Shown here: positions 37,572-50,977 of the stretch, one piece after another | How positions within the stretch are numbered: the stretch's first letter is position 1 | Layout of the letters: every line of letters begins with the position of its first letter | Source: Nannocystis bainbridge | Lineage (GTDB): Bacteria > Myxococcota_A > Polyangia > Nannocystales > Nannocystaceae | Assembly (NCBI RefSeq): GCF_028368995.1 | Contig: NZ_JAQNDL010000001.1 | Coordinates: 4,096,001 to 4,160,000, forward strand | Direction: 5' to 3' | DNA length: 64,000 bases | Program-made: the position numbers and the translations under genes | Notes under the pieces: model-generated | Told to the model about the DNA's origin: nothing | Seen by the model: the letters and a program-made list of their open reading frames with translations, nothing else | Databases searched by the model: none

Positions 37572-39794
37572 ATGACTTTGCTTCGCGTCTCTTCCTCCTT
37601 TATCGCCCTGGCGCTCGCCATCACCGCCTGCCAGCCCGACGGTCCCGATGGTGGTGGTCCCGACGCGGCACCCGAGGTCGAGCAGCCCGCGCCCGATCCG
37701 TGGATCGCCGAGGAGTATGCGCCGGTCCAGGAGGAGGCCAAGAAGCTCAGCGTCGCCAAGTTCCTCGAGCTCTACCCGCAGCCGGCCTATATCGCCTCCG
37801 TCTCGTACGACGCGCTCAAGGCCGCCGGCCTCGATCTCATCCGCCCCTACGCCGGCCTCACCGACGCCCACGACAAGCTGCTCGCCAGCAACGGCTTCGT
37901 CGCCGTCGACAGCCCCGACACCCGGACCTTCGCCACCACCTACCTCGACATCTACGACAACGACCTGCCGGTGCTCGTCACCGCCGACAGCATGCTCTAC
38001 GCGCTGCACAAGTCGTTCGACTCGATGCTCATGTACTTCGAGCGCACCGTCCTCCGCCAGGAGATGGCGACGATGCTCGACACCAGCCACAAGGCCCTCG
38101 GCGCCCGCATCGGCAAGCTCCCGCCCGAGCTCGCCGCCGCCGCCGCCGACCTCGACGTCTACCTCACCGTCGGCCGCGCCCTGCTGTCCGGCTTCGCCGA
38201 GCCCGTCAGCGACGACAAGGTCGTGCAGGACAAGGTCGACCGGATCCTCGCCGCCGTCACCGGCCTCAAGCCGGCCGGCCTCGACCTGTTCGGCGTCAAC
38301 GTCGAGTACGACTTCTCCCAGCTCGAGCCGCGCGGCCACTACGAGGACGACACCGACCTCCAGACCTACTTCCAGGCCATGATCTGGCTCGGCCGCACCG
38401 ACCTCTCGATGGTCGTCTACGACGAGAACCAGAAGCCGCAGTTCAACCGCCGCGGCCTCGATGCCGCCTTCCTCCTGCATCACCTCCTGCAGGACAGCGG
38501 CGCCGAGGCCAACTGGAAGCGCATCGACAAGACCATCTCGCTGCTGATCGGCGAGCGCGACAGCATGAGCCCGGCCGACATGACGACCTACATGGACGCG
38601 GTCGGGGCTCACACCCCCGAGGAGCTGGTCAAGCTGTCCGACGAGGTCGTCTACAAGGCCCTCATCGACGGCGCCTACGGCCTCCAGCGCATCATGTCGC
38701 AGATCATGTACACCGACCCGAACGCGCCGCAGCTGATGCTCCCGCGCGTGTTCCACCTGATGGGTCAGCGCTTCACGATCGACTCGTACGTGTTCAACAA
38801 CGTCACCTACGACCGCGTGCAGGACCTGCGCACCGGCACCAAGGTCACGCGCATGCTGCCGAGCGAGCTCGACGTCCAGTTCGTGCTCGGCAACAACGCC
38901 GCCGCCCACCACCTCGAGCCCGAGCTCGACGAGTACGGCTACCAGGGCACGCTGCACGAGATGCGCTTCCTGGTCGACAGCCACCCGCAGGAGTTCTGGG
39001 ACGCCAACTTCTACAACGGCTGGCTGGCGGCCATCCGCGCGCTCGGCGACCACAGCGAGTTCGACAACCTGCCCGAGTCGATGCGCACCGCCGCGTGGGC
39101 CGACAAGGGCCTCAACACCCAGACCGCCTCGTGGGCCGAGCTGCGCCACGACACCCTGCTCTACGTCAAGCAGTCCTACTCCGGCGGCAACGGTTGCGAG
39201 TACATCGACGCCTACGTCGAGCCGGTGCCCGCGCTCTACAACCGCCTCGCCCACCTCGGCGACCTCGGCCTCGAGCTGACCGGCGAGCTCGCCGGCGAGG
39301 GCTTCGAGGTCGCCAACGCCCAGACGTTCTTCACGCACCTGAAGGACGTGTCGACCACGCTCGAGAGCATCGCCCAGAAGGAGATCGACGGCCAGGCGCT
39401 GACCACCGGCGAGTACGACTTCCTCCGCGGCACGATCGAGATGGAGCTCGTCGGCTGCGGCGAGGTCCAGTACGACGGCTGGTACGGCAAGCTGTTCTTC
39501 GACCAGGCGAAGATCGCCGAGTTCGAGCCGACGATCGCCGACGTGCACACCGCCCCGACCGACGCCGCCGGCGTCGAAAAGGGCTGGGTCCTGCACGCCG
39601 CCACCGGCCGCCCGATGCTCATGGTCTTCACCCTCGAGGACTGCTCCGGCACCCGCGCCTACGTCGGCCCGGTCTCGAGCTTCCACAGCGTGCTCACCGA
39701 GGGCTACGACCGCCAGACCGACTCCGACTGGGCGACCACCCTCTCGGGCGATCCGCCCGCGCGGCCGTCCTGGACCGAGAGCTTCGTCCGCTAG
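37572..39794 (+). CDS. DUF3160-domain lipoprotein
   Basis: ITAC lipobox; DFSQLEPRGHY, YFQAMIWLGR, MGQRFTIDS, ASWAELRHDTLLYVKQSY, IADVHT. Confidence 0.88.
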   Translation: MTLLRVSSSFIALALAITACQPDGPDGGGPDAAPEVEQPAPDPWIAEEYAPVQEEAKKLSVAKFLELYPQPAYIASVSYDALKAAGLDLIRPYAGLTDAHDKLLASNGFVAVDSPDTRTFATTYLDIYDNDLPVLVTADSMLYALHKSFDSMLMYFERTVLRQEMATMLDTSHKALGARIGKLPPELAAAAADLDVYLTVGRALLSGFAEPVSDDKVVQDKVDRILAAVTGLKPAGLDLFGVNVEYDFSQLEPRGHYEDDTDLQTYFQAMIWLGRTDLSMVVYDENQKPQFNRRGLDAAFLLHHLLQDSGAEANWKRIDKTISLLIGERDSMSPADMTTYMDAVGAHTPEELVKLSDEVVYKALIDGAYGLQRIMSQIMYTDPNAPQLMLPRVFHLMGQRFTIDSYVFNNVTYDRVQDLRTGTKVTRMLPSELDVQFVLGNNAAAHHLEPELDEYGYQGTLHEMRFLVDSHPQEFWDANFYNGWLAAIRALGDHSEFDNLPESMRTAAWADKGLNTQTASWAELRHDTLLYVKQSYSGGNGCEYIDAYVEPVPALYNRLAHLGDLGLELTGELAGEGFEVANAQTFFTHLKDVSTTLESIAQKEIDGQALTTGEYDFLRGTIEMELVGCGEVQYDGWYGKLFFDQAKIAEFEPTIADVHTAPTDAAGVEKGWVLHAATGRPMLMVFTLEDCSGTRAYVGPVSSFHSVLTEGYDRQTDSDWATTLSGDPPARPSWTESFVR

Positions 39795-39828
39795 GACGCA
39801 CCCCCGCCGTCGCTGCGGGCAAAATAAC

Positions 39829-39870
39829 TTCAGGACATGCTCTCATGAGCATGTCCTGAAGCGCATGTCA
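39829..39870. repeat. 14-bp-period CATG array (3 units) with a perfect 14-bp hairpin
   Basis: TTCAGGACATGCTC-TCAT-GAGCATGTCCTGAA; CATG at 39836, 39850, 39864. Confidence 0.9.
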
Positions 39871-39950
39871 TTCGTCAGCCGAACTGAAGCGCCGCGGCCT
39901 TGCAAGGGTCGTCCTGAGCGCGAAGCCTCCGCCTAGTGGGCCTCGACTCG

Positions 39951-39988
39951 CTACATGTCCCGAATGACATGTCCTGAAGACCCTGCGG
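39951..39988. repeat. 14-bp-period CATG array (2-3 units)
   Basis: CATG at 39954 and 39968, CCTG at 39982. Confidence 0.75.
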
Positions 39989-40043
39989 CCTCACGTTCGG
40001 AACGACGTCATCCTTCGCCCCGTCCCGCCGGGCGAGGCGAACG

Positions 40044-40337
40044 TCAGCCCTGCCCGTACGCGGCGACCCAGCGCAGGTGCGGCCAGGTGAAGATGCCGTT
40101 GTCGTGCCCGTCGGAGAAGCGGATCCCGAGCGCGTAGGCGCCGACCTCGTGCAGCTCGGCGATCGTCACCCCCGCGGGCGGCTCGTGGAACCGGATGCCC
40201 GGCGTGTGCCCCTGGCAGGTCGCGCACGGGCACCAGCCGCGCAGCAGTCCCGCTGCCAGCCGCGACACCGCGCCGTCCTCCCAGGTGACCTCGAGGACGG
40301 CTTCCTTCACGTGATGGGCGATGTCTACCGGGACCAT
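40044..40337 (-). CDS. DUF971 / gamma-butyrobetaine hydroxylase N-terminal-like Zn/Fe-S protein
   Basis: LRGWCPCATCQGH, VGAYAL.I.FSDGHDNGIFTW..L. Confidence 0.88.
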   Translation of the reverse strand: MVPVDIAHHVKEAVLEVTWEDGAVSRLAAGLLRGWCPCATCQGHTPGIRFHEPPAGVTIAELHEVGAYALGIRFSDGHDNGIFTWPHLRWVAAYGQG

Positions 40338-40344
40338 CGGCACC

Positions 40345-41346
40345 TCATGGCGGAACCACGCACAGCGGCTGGCCGTTCTCTTCTTCGCACACCGGACACA
40401 CGGACACGTAGTAGTACGTCTTGCCGGCGTCCTCGACGCACAGCTCGACCTTCACGCCGTCGCCGGTGGACTCGCCGCACTGGCTCTGCATGCCCATCGA
40501 GCACTCGCTCTTCGGCGTGTCGGCGCAGGCGCAGCTCCACGACTGCAGCGAACCGACGCAACCGGCCGCCTGCGGTTCGGCGAGGCCCGTGTCACCGCAG
40601 CTGCCCGGCGTGCAGAAGGTTTCGTTGAGCTCCCACTTGCCGTCCTGGCACTGCAGCAGCTTGCCGAGGACGCCCGGCCCGGCATCGCAGGCGAGCTCGA
40701 GGGGGATCTCGCAACCCCCACCCTCCATCGGATCGTCGCCCGCCGTCCCCATCGTCGTCTCGGTCGTGTCCGTCGTCGAAGTGGTCGTCGTCTCGTCGGT
40801 CGTGCTCGTGCTCGTCGTCTCCGTCGTGCTCGTGCTCGTCGTCTCCGTCGTGCTCGTGCTCGTCGACGAAGTGCCGGGCTCCGTGCTCGTGCCCGTCTCG
40901 CTCGTGCCCGGACCGACCGTCGTCATCCCGTCGGTCGTCGGCGTCGAGGTCGTCCCGGGCCCGCCCTCGCACTCGTCCTTGCCGAGCTGCAGCACCTCGC
41001 CGAGCGCCGGCACCGACAGGTTGTATTTGGCCTCGGCCATCTCGCCCTCGGCGATCCACGTCACCGTGATGTCGGCGGTCAGCGTGCCCGCGGGCGGCGT
41101 GAACCCGACCGTCGCGAAGTCATCGTCGAACACGGCCGGATCGGTGATCGGGAACGTCTTTGTCAGAGGTTCGCCGATCGCCCCTTCCGCGCCGTAGCTT
41201 TGGATCCGCAGCGACACGCTCGTCGGTGCGCCGCTGACCAGGTCGCACGGGAACAGCTGCAGCTCGACCTCGGTCGGCTTGGCCCCGCACGCGCCGAGCA
41301 GCCACACCGTGGCGCCGCCGACCAGCCTCAGGAGGCGAGAATGCAC
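40345..41346 (-). CDS. Lipoprotein with Thr-rich linker and Cys-rich C-terminus
   Basis: LLGAC lipobox; TGGTAGAAT box 7 nt before the GTG. Confidence 0.8.
   Translation of the reverse strand: MHSRLLRLVGGATVWLLGACGAKPTEVELQLFPCDLVSGAPTSVSLRIQSYGAEGAIGEPLTKTFPITDPAVFDDDFATVGFTPPAGTLTADITVTWIAEGEMAEAKYNLSVPALGEVLQLGKDECEGGPGTTSTPTTDGMTTVGPGTSETGTSTEPGTSSTSTSTTETTSTSTTETTSTSTTDETTTTSTTDTTETTMGTAGDDPMEGGGCEIPLELACDAGPGVLGKLLQCQDGKWELNETFCTPGSCGDTGLAEPQAAGCVGSLQSWSCACADTPKSECSMGMQSQCGESTGDGVKVELCVEDAGKTYYYVSVCPVCEEENGQPLCVVPP
40799..40865. repeat. Coding 24-bp tandem repeat (TSTSTTET, about 2.8 copies)
   Basis: GTCGTGCTCGTGCTCGTCGTCTCC at 40799, 40823 and 40847 (partial). Confidence 0.85.
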
Positions 41347-41430
41347 GGCGCGGATTCTACCACAAGCGCCGACCCCGCGTGCGCACCTCTGAACATCGTA
41401 TCAGTCACGCCCTGAGCCGCCTGGCCGTTC

Positions 41431-41454
41431 GGACCTGTCCCAAGGGACCTGTCA
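41431..41454. repeat. Variant 14-bp-period array (CCTG cores) in a divergent intergenic region
   Basis: GGACCTGTCC-caag-GGACCTGTCA. Confidence 0.7.
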
Positions 41455-41530
41455 CTGCTGGAGCGAACACCGCTGCGGGCCGCTCGCTCGCTCCCGCGGC
41501 CGCGGCGCCTGATCTATGCTCCGCGCCCTT

Positions 41531-42454
41531 ATGTCCGCCCGGGAACTCATCGCCCTCGGCACCGCCAGCCAGGTGCCCACGCGCTATCGCAACCACAACG
41601 GCTACCTGCTGCGCTGGGACGACCACGGCCTGCTGTTCGACCCCGGCGAGGGCACGCAACGGCAGATGATCTACGCCGGGGTGACGACCGCCGCGATCAC
41701 GCGGATCTGCGTGACCCACTTCCACGGCGACCACTGCCTCGGGCTGGCCGGTATCTCCCAGCGCATCTCGCTCGACCGGGTCCAGCACGAGGTCACCGTG
41801 CACTACCCCGCCTCGGGTCAGGTCTTCTTCGATCGCCTGCGCCACGCCTCGATCTTCCACGACGTCGCCCACATCACCGCGCGACCGATCCGCGGCCCCG
41901 GCACGATCTACGAGGACGCCGACCTCACCCTCTCGACCCTGCCGCTCGACCACGGCGTCGAGGCCTTCGGCTACCGCCTCGAGGAGAAGGCCAAGCGGAC
42001 CATGCTGCCCGACCGACTGGCCGCCGCCGGCGTGCGCGGGCCGATGGTCCGCCGGCTGATGCTCGAGGGCTCGCTCGAGCTCGACGGCCGCACCATCCAC
42101 CTCGACGACGTCAGCCTGCCGAAGCCGGGCCAGGTGTTCGCGTTCGTGATGGACACCCGCAAGTGCGCCAACGCGGTGGCGCTGGCCCGCGGCGCCGACA
42201 TGTTGGTGTGCGAGTCGACCTATCTCCACTGCGACGCCGACCTCGCCCACGACCACGGCCACATGACCGCCGTCGAGGCCGCGACGATCGCCCGCGACGC
42301 CGGCGTCCGCCGCCTGGTCCTCACCCACTTCTCGCAGCGCTACCAGGACACCGAGGCCTTCGTCGCCGAGGCCCGCGCGATCCACCCCGACGTGATCGCC
42401 GCCCGCGACTGCGACATCATCCCGGTGCCGAAGCGCCGCGAAGCCGGCGCCTGA
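41531..42454 (+). CDS. rnz: Ribonuclease Z
   Basis: LGTASQVPT..RNHN, FDPGEGTQRQ, THFHGDHCLG, MDTR, CESTY, HGHMTA, LTHFSQRY. Confidence 0.92.
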   Translation: MSARELIALGTASQVPTRYRNHNGYLLRWDDHGLLFDPGEGTQRQMIYAGVTTAAITRICVTHFHGDHCLGLAGISQRISLDRVQHEVTVHYPASGQVFFDRLRHASIFHDVAHITARPIRGPGTIYEDADLTLSTLPLDHGVEAFGYRLEEKAKRTMLPDRLAAAGVRGPMVRRLMLEGSLELDGRTIHLDDVSLPKPGQVFAFVMDTRKCANAVALARGADMLVCESTYLHCDADLAHDHGHMTAVEAATIARDAGVRRLVLTHFSQRYQDTEAFVAEARAIHPDVIAARDCDIIPVPKRREAGA

Positions 42455-42676
42455 GGCCCTGCGCGCCGCGATCGCGGCAGCTCTCGAACAGACGGCGCCG
42501 CGCCTCGGAGCCAACGCCCCGCGAACTGCGGTCGCGGCCTCTCTGCGAGAGCCGATCCGGTGCCGAAGTTCCTGTTGTTCACGGTCCCTCGACTTCGAGG
42601 CCCTTTCTACCCACTACCTCGCGCGGAGGTCGCCGCCGTGTTGCGAAGCGGCAGAGGACTCCGAGGCGGAGCGAAA

Positions 42677-42728
42677 GGACATGCTCGTAAGAACATGCCC
42701 CTTCGAGCATGCCCTTTCGAGCATGCCC
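42677..42728. repeat. 14-bp-period CATG decamer array (4 units) between convergent genes
   Basis: GGACATGCTC-gtaa-GAACATGCCC-cttc-GAGCATGCCC-tttc-GAGCATGCCC. Confidence 0.92.
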
Positions 42729-42739
42729 TTTCGGCCAGC

Positions 42740-45325
42740 CTACCCGCCGAGCTTCGTCTTGACCTTGGCGATGCGCTGGGCCGCCTTGGCGTCGCCGAGC
42801 TCCTGGGCCTTCTCGTACTGCAGCAGCGCGTCGCGGTAGCGGAGCGCGTTGTAGTAGGCGTCGCCGAGCTTGAGCCGGTACGACCCGTTGTTCGGGGCCA
42901 CCGCGACCGCCTTCTCGGCGAAGCGCTGGGCCTTGTCGGCCGAGCCGCGGTCGAAGTAGATGTCCGACAGACCGATCAACGCCTCGGCGTTGCGGCGGTC
43001 GTAGCTGATCGCCTGGTTGAACAGCGACTCGGCCTCGTCGCGGCGGCCGGACGCCAGCGCCGCCTTGCCCTGGCCGGCGATCTCGGTCGCCTTGGCCGGG
43101 TCGCGCTTGACCGGCGCGTCGGCCAGCTCGTCGTCGCCCGGGTCCTCCTGCTCGCTCTTCTTCTTGCCGCCGCCCCTGCTCGACTTCGACGGCTTGCCGG
43201 TCGGCTCCGGCGTCGGCTCGACCGCATCGGGCTCGACGATCTCCGGCGGCGGGTCGTCCTGCTTCGTCGGCTCCGGCTCGGGCTCCTTCGTCGGCGGCGC
43301 CGCCTCGGGCTCGACCGCCACGCCGGCCCCACGCGCGACCTCGAGGAGCGCGGTCTGGGCCGACAGCGGCGCCTCCGTGCGCGCCTTGGCGACCGCCTTC
43401 TTGATGTTGGCCGCGCGCTTGTCCTCGTCGGGCTGGATCAGCGCCACCGCGAGCTCGCCGGTCGCCTTCTCGCCCGGGCTCAGCGTGCCGGCCTCGGCGC
43501 GCTTGACGTAGTCGTCGATCTCCGCCTGCGAGCGGGCCGCGCGGGTCAGCGCTCGCTCGCTCTTGGGGTCGAAGGCCAGCGCCCACGCGTAGTAGTCGCG
43601 CGACAGCGGCCGCGTGCCCTCGGTGTCCCAGAATTTGTCGCCGATCGTCAGCAGCTGGTTCGAGAACTCCTTGCGCAGCTCCTCGCCGCGCTCGTCCGCC
43701 ATGCGCTCGCCGCTGCCCTCGACCGACTCGAGCTCCTTGACCTTGAGCAGCGCCGTCGGCCCGCCTTCCTCCGGCAGGTTGACGTAGTGGCCGATGCTCG
43801 CGGCCTGCCGCGCGACGCGGCTGAGCGACTCGATCTGCTCCTGCTCCTCCGGCGTCACCTCCGGCGCGCCCATCAGCATCAGCGCCACCGCGGTGATCAC
43901 CGCCGCGCCCACGGCCGCGGCCACCGGCAGCAGCCACTTCCGCTGCGCTCCCTCCTCCGCCTGCGAGCCGGGCATGCGCGCCAGCAGGGCCGCGCGCCGC
44001 TCGGGCTCGATCTCCGGCAGCGGCAGGTCGTCCCACTCGGTCGTGATGCGGGCCGCGATCTGCGCCTCGCAGAGCGCCGCCTCGAGCTCGGCCATGTCGG
44101 CGTAGCGGTCGCTCGGCGACTTGGCCAGGCAGCGCATCACCACGTCCTCGAGCGCCTTCGGGATGTTGCGGTCCGGCTTGACCTGGCTCGGCAGCGGCGG
44201 CGTGACCTTGATGTGCGACAGCAACACCTCGGCGAGGTTGTCGTCGACGAACGGCGGGTGGCCGACGAGCAGCTCGTACATCACGCAGCCGATCGCGTAC
44301 ATGTCGAGGCGGCCGTCGAAGTCGGTGTTGTTGATCTGCTCCGGCGGCATGTAGGCCGGCGTGCCGGCGATCGGTCCGGCGCCGCGGTCGGCCGTCAGCA
44401 TCGCCGACACCCCGAAGTCGACGATCTTCGCCATGTCGCGGCGGCCGTCGTGGGTGATGAGGATGATGTTCTCGGGCTTGATGTCGCGGTGGACGATGCC
44501 GGCCTTGTGGGCCAGGCCGAGGCCCTTGCACACCTGGCGCAGCACGGCGATGAGGCGGCCGAACTCGAGCTCGGGGTCGACCAGGCTGGCGAGGTCGATG
44601 CCGTTCAGCAGCTCCATGCAGAAGAACAGGCGCCCGTCGGGCAGCTCGCCGAAGTCGAAGATCTCGACGATGTTCTTCGAGCCGGCGCGGGTCGCCGCGC
44701 GCGCCTCGTCGCGGAACACCTGGGCCGTGTCGCTGCGGAGGCTGAGCTCGGCGCGGAGGATCTTCAGCGCGACCCGTCGCTCGATGTCGATGTGCTCGGC
44801 TTCATAAACCACGCCCATGCCGCCCTCGCCGAGCCAGCGCAGCAGCTTGTAGCGGGTGCCCGGGATCGGCTTGCCCGCCGTGAGTTTCACCGGCGTGCGC
44901 AGCTCGAGGTGGGTATCGGCGTTCGCGATCGCGGGCGCCGTGAACTCGCCGGTATCGCGCTTTTGGCCCGTCACCGCGCGGATGTCGGGCATCGTGTGGT
45001 CGGATACCGGGCGCTCCGCCGCAGCAGGCGTGGCCGCTGCGCCGAACAGCTGCCCTGGTCTGGCGACGATCGTGCGCTTGTCGTCCGCGACCCGCTTGTC
45101 GTCCGGACGGGTGAGGTCCCGGACGTCGCGCATGGTGTCCTCGTCGTCCGCCTTGGCGGGGACTTTCACCGGCGGTGCGGGTCTCGCCGCGACCGGCGGC
45201 GGCGGCGAGGAGGCCGGAGCCGCGCGAGTGGCCGCCTGGACCGACGCCGGCAAGCCGATGCCGAAGACCGTGCGCCCCTTGTCGTCGCTCTGACCGCGTC
45301 CCTTGTCTGCGCCCTCGTCCGCCAT
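42740..45325 (-). CDS. Hanks-type Ser/Thr protein kinase with TM segment and C-terminal TPRs
   Basis: LGEGGMGVVY, VALKIL, HRDIKPEN, DFG, GTPAYMPPEQ, TM helix, TPR repeats. TATAAT upstream. Confidence 0.92.
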   Translation of the reverse strand: MADEGADKGRGQSDDKGRTVFGIGLPASVQAATRAAPASSPPPPVAARPAPPVKVPAKADDEDTMRDVRDLTRPDDKRVADDKRTIVARPGQLFGAAATPAAAERPVSDHTMPDIRAVTGQKRDTGEFTAPAIANADTHLELRTPVKLTAGKPIPGTRYKLLRWLGEGGMGVVYEAEHIDIERRVALKILRAELSLRSDTAQVFRDEARAATRAGSKNIVEIFDFGELPDGRLFFCMELLNGIDLASLVDPELEFGRLIAVLRQVCKGLGLAHKAGIVHRDIKPENIILITHDGRRDMAKIVDFGVSAMLTADRGAGPIAGTPAYMPPEQINNTDFDGRLDMYAIGCVMYELLVGHPPFVDDNLAEVLLSHIKVTPPLPSQVKPDRNIPKALEDVVMRCLAKSPSDRYADMAELEAALCEAQIAARITTEWDDLPLPEIEPERRAALLARMPGSQAEEGAQRKWLLPVAAAVGAAVITAVALMLMGAPEVTPEEQEQIESLSRVARQAASIGHYVNLPEEGGPTALLKVKELESVEGSGERMADERGEELRKEFSNQLLTIGDKFWDTEGTRPLSRDYYAWALAFDPKSERALTRAARSQAEIDDYVKRAEAGTLSPGEKATGELAVALIQPDEDKRAANIKKAVAKARTEAPLSAQTALLEVARGAGVAVEPEAAPPTKEPEPEPTKQDDPPPEIVEPDAVEPTPEPTGKPSKSSRGGGKKKSEQEDPGDDELADAPVKRDPAKATEIAGQGKAALASGRRDEAESLFNQAISYDRRNAEALIGLSDIYFDRGSADKAQRFAEKAVAVAPNNGSYRLKLGDAYYNALRYRDALLQYEKAQELGDAKAAQRIAKVKTKLGG

Positions 45326-45453
45326 AAGGAGAAGAACCTCGTCCGCGATTATAAATGGAAAGCGCGCGCCGAGATCGTCGGCGCGCACCGACCTCGGGCG
45401 CGCGACGAGCGGCGGGGCAGTACCGCGCAAAAGGTGGTAGCCTCGGCGCCTCC

Positions 45454-46818
<1,365 letters not shown>

Positions 46819-46844
46819 CGATCGCCGCGCCAGGAACCTGTCCG

Positions 46845-48575
<1,731 letters not shown>

Positions 48576-48577
48576 CC

Positions 48578-49252
48578 ATGCCCGTGAAGAACTTCGTCCT
48601 CGACGCCCGCCTCACTCCGCCGGTGCTCCGCGCCCGGCTCGCTGCCGGGCCTGACGGTCGCCAGCGCTTGCTCGCGCCCGGCGTCGGCATGTTCCGCGGC
48701 GCGCCGGACCCGGGCATGCTCGTCGGTCCCGATCAACCGATCGGCATCCTCGAGATCCTCGGCGTCGTGCATCACGTGCTCGCCCCCGCCGGCGCCAGCG
48801 GCCTCGTCGTCGCCGCCGAAGAGGCGCCTCGCGGGCTCGCTCCTGCGCGCAGGCCGGTCGGCTTCGACGACCTCCTCCTCACCCTCGACCCGAGCGCCAC
48901 GCGGAGCGAGAGCGCCGCCAATCAGGCCGGTCCGGCCGCCGGTGCCGCTGTCAGCGGTGCCGCCGTCCTGCGCGCGCCGACCAGCGGTCGTTTCTATGTC
49001 CGCTCGGGCCCCGGCAAGCCCGCCTTTGTCAGCGTCGGCGCCGTCCTCGAGCCCGGCCAGACCGTCGGTCTCATCGAGGTCATGAAGACCTTCAGCCGCG
49101 TCCTCTACGGCGGCGACCAGTTACCCGCCCGCGCGCGCGTCGTCCGGGTGTGCCAGGCCGACGAGTCGGACGTCGCCCAGGGCGACCCGCTCCTCGAGGT
49201 CGAGCCCGCCGACGCTGCGGGCGACCCAAATACGAAACCCCACCTGGCATAG
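48578..49252 (+). CDS. accB: Biotin carboxyl carrier protein with a duplicated biotinyl-like domain
   Basis: C-terminal [24 protein letters not shown]; an N-terminal similar domain lacks the Lys. Confidence 0.8.
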   Translation: MPVKNFVLDARLTPPVLRARLAAGPDGRQRLLAPGVGMFRGAPDPGMLVGPDQPIGILEILGVVHHVLAPAGASGLVVAAEEAPRGLAPARRPVGFDDLLLTLDPSATRSESAANQAGPAAGAAVSGAAVLRAPTSGRFYVRSGPGKPAFVSVGAVLEPGQTVGLIEVMKTFSRVLYGGDQLPARARVVRVCQADESDVAQGDPLLEVEPADAAGDPNTKPHLA

Positions 49253-49424
49253 CGATATCAGGTGGGGATCGACTTCGATAGCGTTGAGGGGGGACGGCCT
49301 CAGTTGGCGACGGGCCCGCTGACTGCGGACCAGCGAACCCGCGTGATCATGAAGTGCACGTCTCACCGATTTGGATGAGGGGCCCATGCGATTTTTTTCT
49401 GACCCGCCGCTGAAGGGGTAATTC

Positions 49425-50579
49425 GTGGAAGAACGAGCGGAAGACAGGCGCGAGAAGGTCCGCTGGCTGATCCTCCTGAGCGGAGTCGCGCTCGCCTTTT
49501 ACCTCTGCTGGTTGATGCTGCAGCCCTTCGTCCGGGTGCTGCTTTGGGGCCTCGTCCTCACCTCGGCGTTCGGCCCGGTGCACAAGAAGATCCGCGCGCG
49601 GATCAAGAACGAGGACGTCGCCGCCATCGTGTCGTGCTTCGCCGTCATGTTGACGATCGGCGTGCCCACCGCGCTCATCGGCTTCGCCCTCGTCCGCGAG
49701 CTCGCCCCGGCCTTTGAGACCTTGAAGGCCATGATCTCGAGCTTGCTCGATCCGGACTCGCCCGTGATCGGCAAGCTCGCCCAGTGGCTGTCGGAGCGCG
49801 GCGTCGACATCGCGGCCGTGAAGCAGCAGGCGATCGGGCAGGCGCAGGCCGCCATGGGCGAGGTGACCACCAACTCGATCGGCTACGTGGGCGGCATCCT
49901 CGGCGGGATCGCCGGCGTCATCATCGAGGCCTTCTTCGTCTTCTTCACCATGTTCTATCTGTTCCGCGACGGGGCCAAGCTATGGGCGGCCCTCGCCAAC
50001 GCGCTGCCGCTGCGCGGGCGGACCATGAATCAGATGATCGTGCGCGTCCGCGAGGTCATCAGCGCCAGCGTCTACGGCGTGTTCGTGATCGCCTTGCTGC
50101 AGGGCACGCTCGGCGGCCTCGCGTTCTGGGTCATCGGCCTGCCCTCCGCCGTCGTGTGGGGGCTGGTGATGGTCTTCATGTCGCTGATCCCGCTGGCGGG
50201 CGCGTTCGTGGTGTGGGTCCCGGCGGCGATCTACCTCGCGGCGATCGGCTCATGGGGCGCCGCGATCGGCCTGACGCTGTGGGGCACGGTGGTGATCGGC
50301 CTCGTCGACAACTTCTTGCGGCCGAAGTTGGTCGGCGAGAAGGCCAAGCTGCACGAGCTCTTCATCTTCTTCGCCGTGCTCGGCGGGCTGCAGTTGTTCG
50401 GGATCGTCGGCCTGTTCCTCGGGCCAGTGATCCTCGCCATCGCGCTGGCGCTGTTCGACGCCTTCCTGCACCCGGAGGCGTCGCTCAAGACCGGGACCGG
50501 TCGGCCGACGATCCCGCCGCCGGACCTGCCGCCGCCGCCGGTGGTCCTTCCGCCGGTGCTCCCGCCGCCGGGCGTGTGA
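49425..50579 (+). CDS. AI-2E family transporter
   Basis: Multiple TM helices; FYLFRDG, LIPLAGAFVVWVP, DNFLRPKLVG, GGLQLFGIVGLFLGP. Confidence 0.9.
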   Translation: MEERAEDRREKVRWLILLSGVALAFYLCWLMLQPFVRVLLWGLVLTSAFGPVHKKIRARIKNEDVAAIVSCFAVMLTIGVPTALIGFALVRELAPAFETLKAMISSLLDPDSPVIGKLAQWLSERGVDIAAVKQQAIGQAQAAMGEVTTNSIGYVGGILGGIAGVIIEAFFVFFTMFYLFRDGAKLWAALANALPLRGRTMNQMIVRVREVISASVYGVFVIALLQGTLGGLAFWVIGLPSAVVWGLVMVFMSLIPLAGAFVVWVPAAIYLAAIGSWGAAIGLTLWGTVVIGLVDNFLRPKLVGEKAKLHELFIFFAVLGGLQLFGIVGLFLGPVILAIALALFDAFLHPEASLKTGTGRPTIPPPDLPPPPVVLPPVLPPPGV

Positions 50580-50812
50580 CACTGACCGACCGCGGCGAAG
50601 GCTTAAAAAATATCGACCGGCCACGGCGCATCTGGACCAGAACCCTGGACACCGAGGCCCAGGTGCGCCGTGACCGGTCGAGGACACAGACCGATGACTC
50701 GATCAATGAGCGTCGGCTCGGGTCCTGACGGATCACGGATTTTTACCGGGCCTCGCGGATGGAATCGCGCGCCCGCGACGTAACGTGCACGTCGCGAGGC
50801 TGTCACCTTCGG

Positions 50813-50977
50813 TCAGCCCATCAGGGCCAGGCGGATCACCGCGCTGATCACGCCGCCGGCGACGAACAGGCAGCAGAGGTCACTTCGGAGCCGGCGCAGC
50901 CGCGCCAGGGCGAGCGGGCCCTGGGGGGAGATTTCTTCGAACAGCATCGGGAAATCTCGGTCGCGCGTAACATCCAT
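50813..50977 (-). CDS. Candidate small membrane protein (54 aa)
   Basis: MDVTRDRDFPM...CCLFVAGGVISAVIRLALMG. Upstream TTGCGA/TACAAC promoter-like boxes and GGAG. Confidence 0.4.
   Translation of the reverse strand: MDVTRDRDFPMLFEEISPQGPLALARLRRLRSDLCCLFVAGGVISAVIRLALMG

Noticed and set aside
42455-42676. Possible structured ncRNA/tRNA next to rnz
   Set aside because: Only short GC hairpins are present; I could not recognise a tRNA cloverleaf, T-loop or known RNA family motif.
42677-42728. The decamer matches the eukaryotic p53 half-site RRRCWWGYYY
   Set aside because: No p53-like protein is known in bacteria or seen here, and the fixed 4-nt spacer differs from typical p53 elements. Treated as coincidence or convergence on a flexible CATG core.
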